Of a stretch of 32,000 bases of DNA, positions 7,898 to 17,620 are shown piece by piece. Both the position numbers and the translations under genes were made by a program. Numbering within the stretch: position 1 is the stretch's first letter; the number at the start of each line of letters is the position of its first letter. The notes beneath the pieces are model-generated. The model searched no databases. It saw only the letters and a program-made list of their open reading frames with translations, and was not told the origin of the DNA. Where the stretch lies: assembly GCA_018715045.1 (NCBI GenBank), contig DVMH01000028.1, positions 2,130-34,129 on the forward strand. Direction: 5' to 3'. The DNA comes from Candidatus Avidehalobacter gallistercoris (GTDB lineage Bacteria > Bacillota > Dehalobacteriia > UBA4068 > UBA4997).

Positions 7898-8632
7898 ATG
7901 ATGAAGCATTTGACGAAAAATATGGAGATCGCGTTTATTCGCAGTATTTACAGCAACCGCACCCAGGTGCCTGATTTTCTGCTGGCCAATTATGCGGAGC
8001 TTGGGCTTTCCGCTGAGGAAACACTGTTGCTTGCGCGGCTGTTTGGATGTACCGAGCCAGGGGATGATATTATCTCCGAATCACGGCTTCGTATGTGCTT
8101 TGGCGGTGCAGATGAGGAACTTTCCGCCGGGCTGACGGCGTTGGCGGCCAAGGGAATGCTCTCGACGGATGATGTCTCCGGCAGCTATTCGCTCAGCGGA
8201 GCTTATGATCGTTTGCTGGAGCTTTGGGTGTTCAAAAACAGTGTTCCCACGGGGCAGCCGCGCCAAAAAGCGGCTGAACAGGCTCAGGCATTTCAGACTG
8301 AGGCCATCAAAGAGGTATACGCCATGTTTGAGGCGGAGTTTGCCCGGCCGCTTTCGCCGCTGGAGCTGCAAAAGCTGAACGCGTGGCTGATAACCGACGG
8401 CTGGCAGCCAGCCATGCTGCGCGAGGCGGCACGGCGCGCCGTGCTGCATGGGGCGCTTAGCCTGGCTTATATTGACAAGATATTGCTGCGCTGGCGGAGC
8501 GAAGGCATTGTTACGCCAGAGCAGTTGGCGGACGATGTGCCGGAAAAGGCAACTAAGCTCAAAGCGCGCCGTGGCAAAAAGGCAGCGGAACCCAGTTTTG
8601 ACAGCGAAACGGATTACGGCAAATATTTCTGA
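7898..8632 (+). CDS. DnaD-domain replication initiation / helicase-loading protein (Firmicutes DnaB/DnaD family)
   Basis: The C-terminal region VYAMFEAEFARPLSPLELQKLNAWLITDGWQPAMLREAARRAVLHGALSLAYIDKILLRWRSEGIVTPEQ matches the DnaD/DnaB_2 domain pattern. It is followed by a DnaI-like gene, as in Firmicutes dnaB-dnaI operons. Confidence 0.8.
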   Translation: MMKHLTKNMEIAFIRSIYSNRTQVPDFLLANYAELGLSAEETLLLARLFGCTEPGDDIISESRLRMCFGGADEELSAGLTALAAKGMLSTDDVSGSYSLSGAYDRLLELWVFKNSVPTGQPRQKAAEQAQAFQTEAIKEVYAMFEAEFARPLSPLELQKLNAWLITDGWQPAMLREAARRAVLHGALSLAYIDKILLRWRSEGIVTPEQLADDVPEKATKLKARRGKKAAEPSFDSETDYGKYF

Positions 8633-8673
8633 GAGTGCTGTATTATTTTTGACGGAAGGGGGAATCCGGATCA

Positions 8674-9468
8674 ATGGAATCAATTGGCGACATCATAACG
8701 GCAGGCAGCATTGATGCGGCGGCAGGGGAACAAAAGATCTACTCGCAGGGTGATTGCTCCTTTTGCGGCGGCAGCGGCTTTATTTTGCAGGCGGACGGCA
8801 CGGCCAGGCGTTGTGTCTGTTATGCTGAACGGCGGCTGCTGAATGCGCAGAAACGGGCGGGTTTACAGCCCATGCTGCGCCGCATGAGCTTTGACAATTT
8901 TGATTTGACCTGCTATGCGTCGGGGATACAGGCGCCGGTGGGGCGCGGCCAGACGTATTATGAGCTGGCTAGGGCAGCCAAGGCGAAAACCGAGGAGCTT
9001 TGCCGGGCGGTCTGCCAGGGCGAACAGCCGCGCGGACTGCTGCTGCTGGGTCAGGTGGGCAGCGGTAAAACACATTTAGCTGCGGCAGCGGCCAACCGTC
9101 TGGTGCAAAAGGGGCGGAATGTGCTCTTCATCGTTGTGCCTGATCTGCTGGACGAACTGAAGAGCAGTTTCGGCGGCGACGAGACCGCCGGACAGGAGCT
9201 GCTGCGGCGCGCCAAGCGGGCGGAGGTGCTGGTGCTGGATGACCTCGGCACACACAATATGTCCGATTGGACGCGTGGCGTATTGTTTGCCATTTTAAAT
9301 TTTCGCGTCAACGAGGGGCTGACAACTATCGCCACCAGTAACCTGGACGAGGTTTCGCTAAAAGACGCGCTGGGGGTACGTTCTCTCTCTCGTCTGCTGG
9401 CTCTGTGCGAACCGTGCTTCCTGCCCTGTGACCGTGACCTGCGCCTTAGGGGGCTGGAGAAGAAATAA
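8674..9468 (+). CDS. dnaI: Helicase loader ATPase, DnaI/DnaC family (IstB-like AAA+)
   Basis: N-terminal zinc-ribbon-like CSFCGGSGF...CVC. Walker A is GQVGSGKTHLA and Walker B is VLVLDDLG, followed by TIATSNL. It is operonic with the DnaD-domain gene. Confidence 0.85.
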   Translation: MESIGDIITAGSIDAAAGEQKIYSQGDCSFCGGSGFILQADGTARRCVCYAERRLLNAQKRAGLQPMLRRMSFDNFDLTCYASGIQAPVGRGQTYYELARAAKAKTEELCRAVCQGEQPRGLLLLGQVGSGKTHLAAAAANRLVQKGRNVLFIVVPDLLDELKSSFGGDETAGQELLRRAKRAEVLVLDDLGTHNMSDWTRGVLFAILNFRVNEGLTTIATSNLDEVSLKDALGVRSLSRLLALCEPCFLPCDRDLRLRGLEKK

Positions 9469-10154
9469 TGCTGCTGATATTTGATTTGGACGACACTTTG
9501 ATATATACTCATCGGGTGTTTATGCAGCTGACCAGGCAGTTTTTGGAGCGTATGGCCTGCCTTGGCTTTGACGACGAAAACGTGTACTATACGCTGGATT
9601 CGATTGACCGTGAAATTGTGGAGAGTGAGGACGCGTATGTGCCGTGGGCGTTTCCTGCGGCCATGCAACGAACGTATCAGTTCTACTGTGAAAAGTATTT
9701 TGTACCGTATGATGAGTACGAAGCGGCAGCTCTGGCGGATTTGGGCAGCTCGTTCCGTGAAGCAGACTATCAGCTGCTGCCCGGCGCGAAACCGTTACTG
9801 GATGTTCTGAACGCGGCGGGGCATATTTTGGTTCTGTTGACGCAGGGCGATTATGAGGTGCAGAATTTCAAGGTGCGCCAGCATAATCTTGGTCAATATT
9901 TTGACGAGATAATTGTAGTTAATAAAAAGACAGAGGAAGTCTATAATAGTATTATGCGGCTGCACGGCCTTGCTCCACAGGACACGGCGGTCATTGGCAA
10001 CAGTCTGAAAAGTGAGGTTGCCCAGGCGCTGGCTGTGGGGGCGCGGGCGATATTGCTGACAGCGGCCGAGGGCTGGCAGTTTGAAGACGAGGAAGTCTCC
10101 GGAGATTATGCGGTGGCGCGGACGCTGGCCGAGGTACCGGAGCTTTTGCGATAA
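9468..10154 (+). CDS. HAD-superfamily hydrolase
   Basis: MLLIFDLDDTLIY carries the DxDxT motif I. LLTQGD and a later IGNS..SE region match HAD motifs II-IV. The ATG overlaps the preceding TAA (TAATG). Confidence 0.8.
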   Translation: MLLIFDLDDTLIYTHRVFMQLTRQFLERMACLGFDDENVYYTLDSIDREIVESEDAYVPWAFPAAMQRTYQFYCEKYFVPYDEYEAAALADLGSSFREADYQLLPGAKPLLDVLNAAGHILVLLTQGDYEVQNFKVRQHNLGQYFDEIIVVNKKTEEVYNSIMRLHGLAPQDTAVIGNSLKSEVAQALAVGARAILLTAAEGWQFEDEEVSGDYAVARTLAEVPELLR

Positions 10155-10165
10155 GAGAGGTGCGG

Positions 10166-11011
10166 ATGATGACGGAAACTGTAAACGCCGCCCGGCGTGA
10201 TAAACTTAAGGCGGCGCTGCTGCAATTTGATATTCGCCCCGGCGAGGTGTCGCATAATGAGAATGTGGCGGCGCAGCTGATCAGCAAAAGTGCCGAAATG
10301 GGCGCGGAGCTGGTCGTGTTGCCGGAGCTTTGGAATGTGGGCTATGATTTGGCTCACCTTGCGGAGCTTGCGCAGAACGGGCGCGGTTCCTCCTGCCGCC
10401 TGCTGTCCAAGCTGGCGCGGGAATATGGTATATACATTTTCGGCGGTACTTTTGCCGAGCATAAGGGCGGTAAATTTTATAATACTGCCCCAGTGTTCAA
10501 TGACCGCGGTGAGCTGATCTATAAATATCGTAAACTTCATCTCTTCCCGAACGGCCTGGAGGAGGATAAATACTTTACTGCAGGTGATGACTGGGGCTTG
10601 GTGGATACTCCTTGGGGGCGCTTCGGTCTGGCGGTGTGCTATGACCTGCGTTTTCAGGCCACCATTCAGAATCTGGCGCTGCGGGGCGCGGATACAATTG
10701 TGGTACCGGCGCAGTGGCCGACGGTGCGCGCCGACCACTGGTATTTGCTATCCCGGGCGCGGGCTACGGAAAACCAGCTGTTTCTGCTGGCCTGCAACCG
10801 CACCGGGCATGACAAAAGCGGCAAGTATCCCGGCTGTTCAATGGCGGTGGATGCGTTGGGGCAGGTGCTGGCCGGCGGTATGGAGGCAAAATCTCCCGGC
10901 GTGCTGCTGGCCGAGTTTGATTATACCACTCTTCAGCATATTCGGAGCGCTATCCCGGTTTACCGTGACCGCAAGCGAATTTTGGACGAAATAGACGATG
11001 GACAGCTTTAA
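10166..11011 (+). CDS. Carbon-nitrogen hydrolase (nitrilase superfamily) protein
   Basis: The Glu-Lys-Cys triad contexts are all present: VVLPELWNVGY, YRKLHLF and LAVCYDLRF. The start could be ATG 10166, ATG 10169 or GTG 10160; AGAGAGG lies just upstream. Confidence 0.85.
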   Translation: MMTETVNAARRDKLKAALLQFDIRPGEVSHNENVAAQLISKSAEMGAELVVLPELWNVGYDLAHLAELAQNGRGSSCRLLSKLAREYGIYIFGGTFAEHKGGKFYNTAPVFNDRGELIYKYRKLHLFPNGLEEDKYFTAGDDWGLVDTPWGRFGLAVCYDLRFQATIQNLALRGADTIVVPAQWPTVRADHWYLLSRARATENQLFLLACNRTGHDKSGKYPGCSMAVDALGQVLAGGMEAKSPGVLLAEFDYTTLQHIRSAIPVYRDRKRILDEIDDGQL

Positions 11012-11039
11012 ACAAAACTGGCGAATTTTGGCCGGGGGC

Positions 11040-11068
11040 TTGACAAATTGCTCTCGGCCTGCTATATT
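11040..11068 (+). promoter_or_regulatory. Promoter of the rimP-nusA-infB operon
   Basis: TTGACA (11040-11045), a 17-nt spacer, TATATT (11063-11068). Confidence 0.65.
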
Positions 11069-11092
11069 GGTGATAGTAACTCGCCGCTTCTG

Positions 11093-11121
11093 TAGTATAC
11101 CGTAAGGTATGCTATTTTTTT
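11093..11121 (+). terminator. Intrinsic terminator-like hairpin within the rimP/nusA leader (candidate attenuator)
   Basis: tagtatacc-gtaa-ggtatgcta forms a 9-bp stem (one G-U pair) with a GNRA loop, immediately followed by ttttttt. It sits between the promoter and the rimP ATG at 11178. Confidence 0.6.
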
Positions 11122-11177
11122 ATGTGGGGCGGCGGCAGATAAAAATTGGTATAAAAAGACGGAACACGAGGTGACAT

Positions 11178-11645
11178 ATGGCAAACGAAATCGAACGCCG
11201 GGTTTTTGCGCTGGCCGAGCCTATCTGTCAGGCTAATGCTGTGGAGCTGGTGGCTGTGGAATGGCAGAAAGCAGGTAAAAGCTGGCGGCTGGCGCTGTAT
11301 ATAGACTGTGAGGGCGGCGTGGGGCATGAGCTTTGCGTTGCGGTCAGCAATGCGGTTTCCGATGCGCTGGACGCGCTGGATTTCATCGAACCTGCCTATA
11401 ATCTTGAGGTAAGTTCGCCTGGCTTGGAGCGTCCGCTGTTGAAACCGGCGGATTTTCAGCGTTTTGCCGGCAGTCTTGCGGCGGTGAAGCTGTTTGCCGC
11501 GCGTAATGGCCAAAAAGAGTTCTGCGGCGAGCTTTTGGGCTATTCCGCCACGGAGGGCGTACTGCTGTCTGATGAAAAGACTGGCGAGCGCCTGACATTT
11601 GATCCGGCCGAGATTGCTGGAGCGCACCTGGTATTCCGATTCTAG
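11178..11645 (+). CDS. rimP: Ribosome maturation factor RimP
   Basis: 155 aa. It sits immediately upstream of nusA. The N-terminal pattern (E..V..LAEPI....AVELV.VEW.K.G..W.L.LYID) is typical of RimP/YlxS. Confidence 0.9.
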   Translation: MANEIERRVFALAEPICQANAVELVAVEWQKAGKSWRLALYIDCEGGVGHELCVAVSNAVSDALDALDFIEPAYNLEVSSPGLERPLLKPADFQRFAGSLAAVKLFAARNGQKEFCGELLGYSATEGVLLSDEKTGERLTFDPAEIAGAHLVFRF

Positions 11646-11683
11646 GCGGTATTTGAGATTAGATTTTGTTATGAGGTGAAGAA

Positions 11684-12781
11684 ATGGCTGAATACGTCAA
11701 CAAAGAGTTTCTGGACGCACTTGAGGAACTTGAGACGACTAAAGGTATCAAAATGGATATTTTGATCGAAGCGCTGGAGGACGCGCTGATCTCCGCGTAT
11801 AAAAAGAATTACGGTTCCTCGCAGAATGTGCGGGTGGAGATTAATCGCGACACCGGCGATATTCACGTGTATTACCGCAAAGAAGTGGTGGAGGAAGTCG
11901 AAAACGACAAGGTTGAAATGTCGCTGGAGGAAGCCAGACAGTACGATCCGGAATTTGAAGTGGGCGATATGTTTGAATCGGAAGTGACGCCGCGCTCATT
12001 CGGACGCATTGCCGCGCAGACGGCAAAGCAGGTCATCGTACAGCGTATCCGCGAGGCGGAGCGCAACGTTATCTACGACGCCTACGCCAAGGCTGAGGGC
12101 GAGATTGTGCGCGGCACCATCGTGCGTATTGAGGGACGAAATGTTATCGTTGACATTGGCAAGACTGAGGCCGTGCTGGCAGCAGCGGAGCAGATCCCCG
12201 GCGAGCGCTATGTGGTGGGAGATTCCTTGCGCGTTTATGTTGAGACGGTGCAGCGCGGTACCCGCGGCACGCGCATTGTTATCAGCCGTACTCGCTCCGG
12301 TTTCCTGAGCCGGCTGCTGGAGCAGGAGGTGCCGGAGATAAGCGACGGTGTGGTGGAGATTAAAGCGGTGGTGCGTGACCCTGGCAGTCGCGCTAAAGTG
12401 GCCGTTTTTAGTCATGACGGCGATGTTGACCCGGTGGGAGCCTGCGTGGGTGCGCGGGGTATGCGTGTGCAGAATATTGTGGAGGAGCTTTCCGGTGAGA
12501 AACTGGAGATCGTTGAATGGTCGGAGGATCTGGCGAAGTTCATCAGCAACGCTATCAGCCCGGCCAAGGCTCTGAAAGTGACGGTTGACGAGGAAAGCCG
12601 CTTTGCCAGCGTGCTGGTTGCGGATAATCAGCTTTCTCTTGCTATTGGCCGCCGGGGGCAGAATGCCCGGCTGGCAGTGCGGCTGACGGCCTGCAAGATT
12701 GACATTAAGAGCGAATCACAGATGCTGGCCATGTCCGCTGCGCAGGAGGAAGACATATTCACTTCTGACGGTGTGGAGTAA
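11684..12781 (+). CDS. nusA: Transcription termination/antitermination factor NusA
   Basis: 365 aa. The N-terminus is FLDALEELETTKGI...LIEALEDALISAYKK. It also has an S1 domain (GEIVRGTIVRIEGRNVIVDIGKTEAVL) and KH domains (DPVGACVGARGMRVQNIVEEL; LSLAIGRRGQNARLAVRLT). Confidence 0.95.
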   Translation: MAEYVNKEFLDALEELETTKGIKMDILIEALEDALISAYKKNYGSSQNVRVEINRDTGDIHVYYRKEVVEEVENDKVEMSLEEARQYDPEFEVGDMFESEVTPRSFGRIAAQTAKQVIVQRIREAERNVIYDAYAKAEGEIVRGTIVRIEGRNVIVDIGKTEAVLAAAEQIPGERYVVGDSLRVYVETVQRGTRGTRIVISRTRSGFLSRLLEQEVPEISDGVVEIKAVVRDPGSRAKVAVFSHDGDVDPVGACVGARGMRVQNIVEELSGEKLEIVEWSEDLAKFISNAISPAKALKVTVDEESRFASVLVADNQLSLAIGRRGQNARLAVRLTACKIDIKSESQMLAMSAAQEEDIFTSDGVE

Positions 12782-12814
12782 ACTGGTATATATGGAAGAT
12801 TTTGAGGTGAAGCT

Positions 12815-13078
12815 ATGGCTGAAAGGGCAAAACCGCAGCGCACCTGCCTGGCCTGCCGTCAGATGAAAGATAAGCGCGAGCTGACCCGCGTCGTCCGCAC
12901 GCCGGATGGCGAGATCAAACTGGACGATACCGGGCGTATGCCGGGGCGGGGCGCATATCTGTGCAAAGAGCCGGAGTGCCTGAAGCGGGTTCTGAAAAGC
13001 CGCGCACTGGAGCGGGCGCTGAAACAACCGATAAGCGAGGACGTAAAAAATGAATTGCTGCAAAAATACGCCGAGTGA
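12815..13078 (+). CDS. ylxR: YlxR/RnpM family RNA-binding protein (DUF448)
   Basis: RTCLACRQMKDKRELTRVVRTPDGEIKLDDTGRMPGRGAYLC is the signature DUF448 pattern. It occupies the canonical position after nusA. Confidence 0.9.
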   Translation: MAERAKPQRTCLACRQMKDKRELTRVVRTPDGEIKLDDTGRMPGRGAYLCKEPECLKRVLKSRALERALKQPISEDVKNELLQKYAE

Positions 13079-13466
13079 GGCGGAACTGGCGGCGTTTAAG
13101 GCTGCGCAGGGCGTCTACACGCTGCTAGGGCTGGCGCAGCGGGCTGGCAAGTTGACTGCCGGCAGCGATGCGGTTATTGCGACGTGTACGCGGGGCGAAG
13201 CCAAGCTGGTGCTGTTGGCGGCGGACTTGAGTGAGAACTCGCTGAAACGCCTGAACAAATTTTGTTGCAAGCCGGCGGTAAAGAAGAACGTTGCTGTTTG
13301 GCGTTTTGGCAGCAAGGAACGACTGGGGCAGGCGACTGGCAGACGCCCCTGCGGCGTTTGGTCATTGTGCGACGTCAATTTTGCCGGTGGGCTTGAAGCA
13401 AAGCTTACCGCCCTGCAAAAGGCCGGGCTGGCCGAGCGGATACTTCCGGCAAATAAAAATAGCTAA
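13050..13466 (+). CDS. ylxQ: L7Ae-family RNA-binding protein YlxQ-like
   Basis: LLGLAQRAGKLTAGSDAVIATCTRGEAKLVLLAADLSENSLKRL parallels B. subtilis YlxQ (LLGLANRARKVVSGEDLV...AKLVLLTEDAS). ATG 13050 overlaps ylxR by 29 nt, and I found no alternative in-frame start. Confidence 0.8.
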   Translation: MNCCKNTPSEAELAAFKAAQGVYTLLGLAQRAGKLTAGSDAVIATCTRGEAKLVLLAADLSENSLKRLNKFCCKPAVKKNVAVWRFGSKERLGQATGRRPCGVWSLCDVNFAGGLEAKLTALQKAGLAERILPANKNS

Positions 13467-13532
13467 AAATAATATATTATATAATATGTTGGCGGGGCGC
13501 TGCCCCGGTTCTGGTTAAAGGAGTTGTTTTGA

Positions 13533-16205
13533 TTGGGAAAAATGAAAGTTTATGAGTTGGCGAAAGAGCTGAACGTGGAAAGCAAAAGGGTGGTAAAATA
13601 CCTGCAACAGCAGGGGTTTGCCGTCAAAAACCACATGAGCGCACTGGACGAGCCGGCTGAGACCGCCGTCCGCCGCAATTTCGGCAAGGCGGAGGATGCA
13701 AAGCCCGCCGTTAAACGCATTACCAGGGAGGCACAGGCGGCGGAACGCGCCCAGCAGGAGAGCCAGGTGCCCGGTTTCCACCCGGTGGTAAAGCGTATCA
13801 AAAAAGAGGTGGTGGAGGCGGAACGCGCCCAGCAGGAGGCTGCCAAACAGGCAGCGGAAGCACAGGAAGAAGTGCAGCCTGTCGTTCCGCAGCCTGAGGC
13901 GGAGGCTGAGGCTGCGCCTGCGCCGTCCGTCAAACCCGTTGCGGAGGTGCAGCCTGCGCCGGAGGTAAAGCCTGAACCTCAGCCGGCGCCTGCACCGGAG
14001 CAAAAACCGGCTGCTGCTGAAGTACCGGCCGCTCGTACCCAATCCGAGCGTTCCACCAAGCAAACTGAGCGCCCGGCTAAAAAACCGGATAAACGCGATA
14101 ACCGTGCAGGAAGTGCGAATCGCAACAGTGATAATAACCGCCGGAACGATAACCGGAATGATAACCGGAACGATAACGGAAAGCGTGATAACCGGGGCGG
14201 ACAGAACCGTCCGCAGGATAACCGGACGCGCGGCGGGTACCAGAACCGCCAGACTGGCGCCGAGGTAATTTATACGCCGCCGGCCACGCCTTCTAAGCCG
14301 GACAGCCGCCGCCCCGACAAAAAGAAGAACGATCGTCGCGACCAGAAATTTGGCGGCGATAACTTTGGACGTATGGAGCGTAACAATAAAAACCGCCCGC
14401 GTAATAAGTATAAGGAGCAGAAGCGCCAGAAAGTGGAGATTGCTCCGGCCACGCCAAAGAAAGTGGTCATCGGCGAGACGATCATTCTTTCTGAATTGGC
14501 CAAGAGTATGCACAAAACAGCCAGCGAACTGATTAAGAAACTGTTTGAAATGGGCATTATGGCAACTATCAACCAAAGCCTGGACGCCGACACCGCCGTG
14601 CTGGTGGCGGATGAATTCGGTGTGGAAGTTGAAGTGCGTCAGGAGAAAATTGTGGAAATTCTCGGCGAAGAAGAGGACAATCCGCGCGATTTGAAAGAAC
14701 GCCCGCCGGTAGTTACCGTTATGGGGCACGTTGATCATGGCAAAACGTCACTGTTGGACGCTATCCGCAACACTCGCGTTACCTCCACCGAGGCTGGCGG
14801 CATTACGCAGCATATTGGCGCTTATCAGGTGGAAATTAATGGCAAAAAGATCACATTTCTGGATACCCCCGGCCATGAGGCGTTTACTGCCATGCGCGCC
14901 CGCGGCGCCCAGGTAACGGATATTTCCATTCTGGTGGTTGCCGCCGACGATGGCATTATGCCGCAGACGGTTGAGGCTATAAATCACTCCAAGGCGGCGA
15001 ATGTTCCTATTATTGTGGCGATCAACAAGATTGATAAACCGGGTGCGAACGTGGAGAAAGTCAAGCAGGAATTGACTGAATATGAGCTGATACCCGAAGA
15101 TTGGGGCGGAGATACCATTATGGTGCCGGTTTCCGCTAAAAAGGGAGAGGGTATTGAGACCCTGCTGGAGATGATTTTGCTGGTGGCCGAGGTGGCGGAA
15201 CTTAAAGCCAACCCGAAGCGGCAGGCGCGCGGCACTGTTATCGAAGCAAAGCTCGACCGCAACCGCGGCCCCTTGGCCACATTGCTGGTGCAGAAAGGCA
15301 CTCTGAAAGTGGGCGAGACCATTGTAGCGGGCAGTGTGTTCGGCAAGGTGCGCGCTATGAACGATGACAGCGGCAAGACGATTCGAGCTGCCGGCCCCTC
15401 TATGCCGGTGGAGATTTTGGGCTTCTCTGAAGTGCCGGAAGCGGGCGAGACGTTTATTGCCATTAAGGATGAAAAAGACGCGCGCTATGCCGCCCAGATT
15501 CAGGCTATCAAAAAGCGCGAGGAGGAAATGCGCAAGTCTTCACGTGTGTCGCTGGACGATTTGTTCGCCAAGATTTCCGATGGCGAGGTCAAGGAACTGA
15601 ATGTTATTATCAAAGCGGACGTGCGCGGTTCGGTGGAGGCTATCAGTCAGTCATTGGAGAAACTCAGCACCGACGAGGTTAAAGTAAGCATTATTCATGT
15701 AGGCGTGGGTGCGATAAATGAATCCGACGTTATGCTGGCCGATGCAAGCAATGCTATTATCATTGGCTTTAATGTGCGGCCGGACGCGCAGACCAGAAAG
15801 GCTGCCGAAGCGGCGCTGGTGGATATGCGGCTTTACAGCGTGATCTACGACGCGATCGAGGACGTCAAAAAAGCCATGGTTGGTTTGCTGGCGCCTGAAT
15901 TTAAGGAAACCTGGCTCGGTCAGGTGGAGGTCAGAAACACTTTCCGCGTTCCCAAAATTGGCCTGGTGGCCGGCGGTTATGTGATGGAGGGTAAGATCAC
16001 CCGTAATTCCGAGGTGCGCATTATTCGCGACGGCGTGATCATTTTCCAGGGTAAGCTGGCCTCGCTGAAGCGCTTTAAGGACGATGCGAAAGAAGTTGTA
16101 CAGGGCTTTGAATGTGGTATCGGCATCGAGAATTATAACGATATCAAAGAGGGCGATATCATTGAAGCTTTTGTGATGGAGGAAACCGTACGCGAGGACT
16201 TATAG
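13533..16205 (+). CDS. infB: Translation initiation factor IF-2
   Basis: TTG start at 13533, 9 nt after AAAGGAG. The N-terminus [14 protein letters not shown] is typical of IF-2. The G domain has [17 protein letters not shown] and NKID. Stop codon is TAG at 16203-16205. Confidence 0.95.
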   Translation: MGKMKVYELAKELNVESKRVVKYLQQQGFAVKNHMSALDEPAETAVRRNFGKAEDAKPAVKRITREAQAAERAQQESQVPGFHPVVKRIKKEVVEAERAQQEAAKQAAEAQEEVQPVVPQPEAEAEAAPAPSVKPVAEVQPAPEVKPEPQPAPAPEQKPAAAEVPAARTQSERSTKQTERPAKKPDKRDNRAGSANRNSDNNRRNDNRNDNRNDNGKRDNRGGQNRPQDNRTRGGYQNRQTGAEVIYTPPATPSKPDSRRPDKKKNDRRDQKFGGDNFGRMERNNKNRPRNKYKEQKRQKVEIAPATPKKVVIGETIILSELAKSMHKTASELIKKLFEMGIMATINQSLDADTAVLVADEFGVEVEVRQEKIVEILGEEEDNPRDLKERPPVVTVMGHVDHGKTSLLDAIRNTRVTSTEAGGITQHIGAYQVEINGKKITFLDTPGHEAFTAMRARGAQVTDISILVVAADDGIMPQTVEAINHSKAANVPIIVAINKIDKPGANVEKVKQELTEYELIPEDWGGDTIMVPVSAKKGEGIETLLEMILLVAEVAELKANPKRQARGTVIEAKLDRNRGPLATLLVQKGTLKVGETIVAGSVFGKVRAMNDDSGKTIRAAGPSMPVEILGFSEVPEAGETFIAIKDEKDARYAAQIQAIKKREEEMRKSSRVSLDDLFAKISDGEVKELNVIIKADVRGSVEAISQSLEKLSTDEVKVSIIHVGVGAINESDVMLADASNAIIIGFNVRPDAQTRKAAEAALVDMRLYSVIYDAIEDVKKAMVGLLAPEFKETWLGQVEVRNTFRVPKIGLVAGGYVMEGKITRNSEVRIIRDGVIIFQGKLASLKRFKDDAKEVVQGFECGIGIENYNDIKEGDIIEAFVMEETVREDL
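14097..14226 (+). repeat. Degenerate 12-nt-periodic coding repeat (gataaccgg-type units) in the IF-2 N-terminal linker
   Basis: gataacc recurs at least 6 times. It encodes [35 protein letters not shown], a low-complexity part of infB. Confidence 0.7.
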
Positions 16206-16218
16206 TAAGGAGAAAAAT

Positions 16219-16596
16219 ATGGCTCGATACAGAAACCGGCGGCTGTCCGAGGAACTTCTGCGGGAGATTTCCGGCATTATCCGCCAAATGAAAGATCCGC
16301 GTCTATCGCTTGTTTCCGTGCTTGCGGTTCAGGTGGATAACGAGTTGGAACGTGCCAAGGTATTCGTCAGCCACCTTTCGCAGGACGGACAGGACGAGAC
16401 AATAACGGCGTTGAAAAAAGCGGCGGGCTATATCCGCTCGGAGTTGGCCAAACGCCTGAATACCCGCACCGTGCCGGAATTGGTTTTTGTGGATGACCAC
16501 AGTATTGAAGCCGGCTTCAGAATTACGGAAATGCTGGATGCTTATGAGCGTGAGCGTGTTGGTAATGTTGAGGCGCAGAAGCCGACGGAGGAATAA
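16219..16596 (+). CDS. rbfA: Ribosome-binding factor A
   Basis: 125 aa. R...ELLREISGIIRQ.KDPRL..VSV..V.V...L..AKVFVS follows the RbfA pattern. It occupies the canonical position after infB. Confidence 0.9.
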   Translation: MARYRNRRLSEELLREISGIIRQMKDPRLSLVSVLAVQVDNELERAKVFVSHLSQDGQDETITALKKAAGYIRSELAKRLNTRTVPELVFVDDHSIEAGFRITEMLDAYERERVGNVEAQKPTEE

Positions 16597-16597
16597 T

Positions 16598-17620
16598 ATG
16601 TGCAGCTTTTCTGATTATGATTTCGCCCCAGCATGTCAGATGATCAAGAGCGCCGGGGATATATTAATTGCCGGACACGTCTCGCCAGACGGCGACACAC
16701 TAGGCAGCACGCTGGGTCTTTCCTTGGGTTTGCAGCGGCTTGGTAAAAGGCCGCGGGTGGTTTTTCAGGACGATGTGCCGGGCTATTTGCAGTTTTTGCC
16801 TGGGGTGGATGCGATACTGAAGCCGGCTGCGGTGGATTTTACACCGCAGCTGGTGATTCTGGTGGACTGCGCCGCACTGCACCGCACGGGCGATGGCTGG
16901 GTGGAGAAATATCTGCCGCAGACGCCGCTTTTGATCCTTGACCATCATGCACTGCGAGACGATATACCTGCCGTGTCTATCATTGATGGAAAACTTGCCG
17001 CCACCGCTGAGTTGATCTACTGGCTGTTACAGGCGCTTGAAGTGCCGATGGAACTGGACATCGCGCGCTGTCTTTATACTGCGCTTTGCACCGATACCGG
17101 CGGCTTTCGTTTTACCAACACCCGTACACATACGTTTGAGATTGCGGCTAAACTAAAAGCGCAGGGCATTAACCTGGAGGAAATGCGTATTCAGTTGTTT
17201 GAGTCGCGCCGGCTGATGAATGTTAAGCTTATGGGCCATGCGATGGCGAATATCTGCCAGTCCGAGGATAAAAAGCTGGTTTGGTCGATGATTGACACGA
17301 AAATCAAAAAGCTTTGGGGCGCGGCGGATAGCGATACCGAGGGCATTGCCGGGCAGATGATGCTGGTGGAGGGAGTGAAAGTCGGCGTTTTTTTAGACGA
17401 GCGAGTTGACGCGGACGGTAATTATGTCGTAAAAGTTTCTTTCCGCGGACGCGACGGCTATAATGTGGGTAAACTGGCGGCACAGTTCGGCGGCGGCGGT
17501 CATTATGCCGCTAGCGGCTGCACCATACCCGGCAGTCTGGACGAGGTTTGGCCGTGCGTTATCGAGGCGGCGTTGTTGCTGGTGAGTGAAACTGAAGTGA
17601 AAACGGAAGGTAATCTATGA
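16598..17620 (+). CDS. DHH/DHHA1-family phosphoesterase (NrnA-like oligoribonuclease / pAp phosphatase)
   Basis: The start was trimmed to ATG 16598, which lies after GGAGG and 1 nt after the rbfA stop. Motifs present: GHVSPDGDTLGS, ILDHHA (DHH) and FGGGGHYAASG (DHHA1 GGGH). Confidence 0.85.
   Translation: MCSFSDYDFAPACQMIKSAGDILIAGHVSPDGDTLGSTLGLSLGLQRLGKRPRVVFQDDVPGYLQFLPGVDAILKPAAVDFTPQLVILVDCAALHRTGDGWVEKYLPQTPLLILDHHALRDDIPAVSIIDGKLAATAELIYWLLQALEVPMELDIARCLYTALCTDTGGFRFTNTRTHTFEIAAKLKAQGINLEEMRIQLFESRRLMNVKLMGHAMANICQSEDKKLVWSMIDTKIKKLWGAADSDTEGIAGQMMLVEGVKVGVFLDERVDADGNYVVKVSFRGRDGYNVGKLAAQFGGGGHYAASGCTIPGSLDEVWPCVIEAALLLVSETEVKTEGNL

Noticed and set aside
14097-14226. A regularly spaced short repeat array that superficially resembles a mini-CRISPR or satellite.
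   Set aside because: The period is only about 12 nt with no spacers. It lies inside the infB reading frame and translates to an RNDN low-complexity linker.
13515-14738. 407-aa minus-strand ORF, along with similar long antisense ORFs at 24219-25256, 30576-31829, 28771-29631, 6701-7360, 8081-8683, 9051-9668, 10106-10738 and 14984-15463.
   Set aside because: Each lies entirely antisense to a gene with a clear family identity (infB, the surface protein, livG/livF, livH, trkH, the DnaD-domain gene, dnaI/HAD, the C-N hydrolase). Their translations are Arg/His/Leu-rich low-complexity strings typical of shadow ORFs in GC-rich coding DNA, and none has an RBS.
16487-16597. Upstream extensions of track ORFs: 16487 for the DHH gene, 19573 for rpsO, 27277 for the binding protein, 5016 for trkA, and 1955-2032 for the small minus-strand ORF.
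   Set aside because: In each case an internal start has a proper GGAGG-type RBS and gives the canonical family N-terminus. The extensions overlap upstream genes or leaders.
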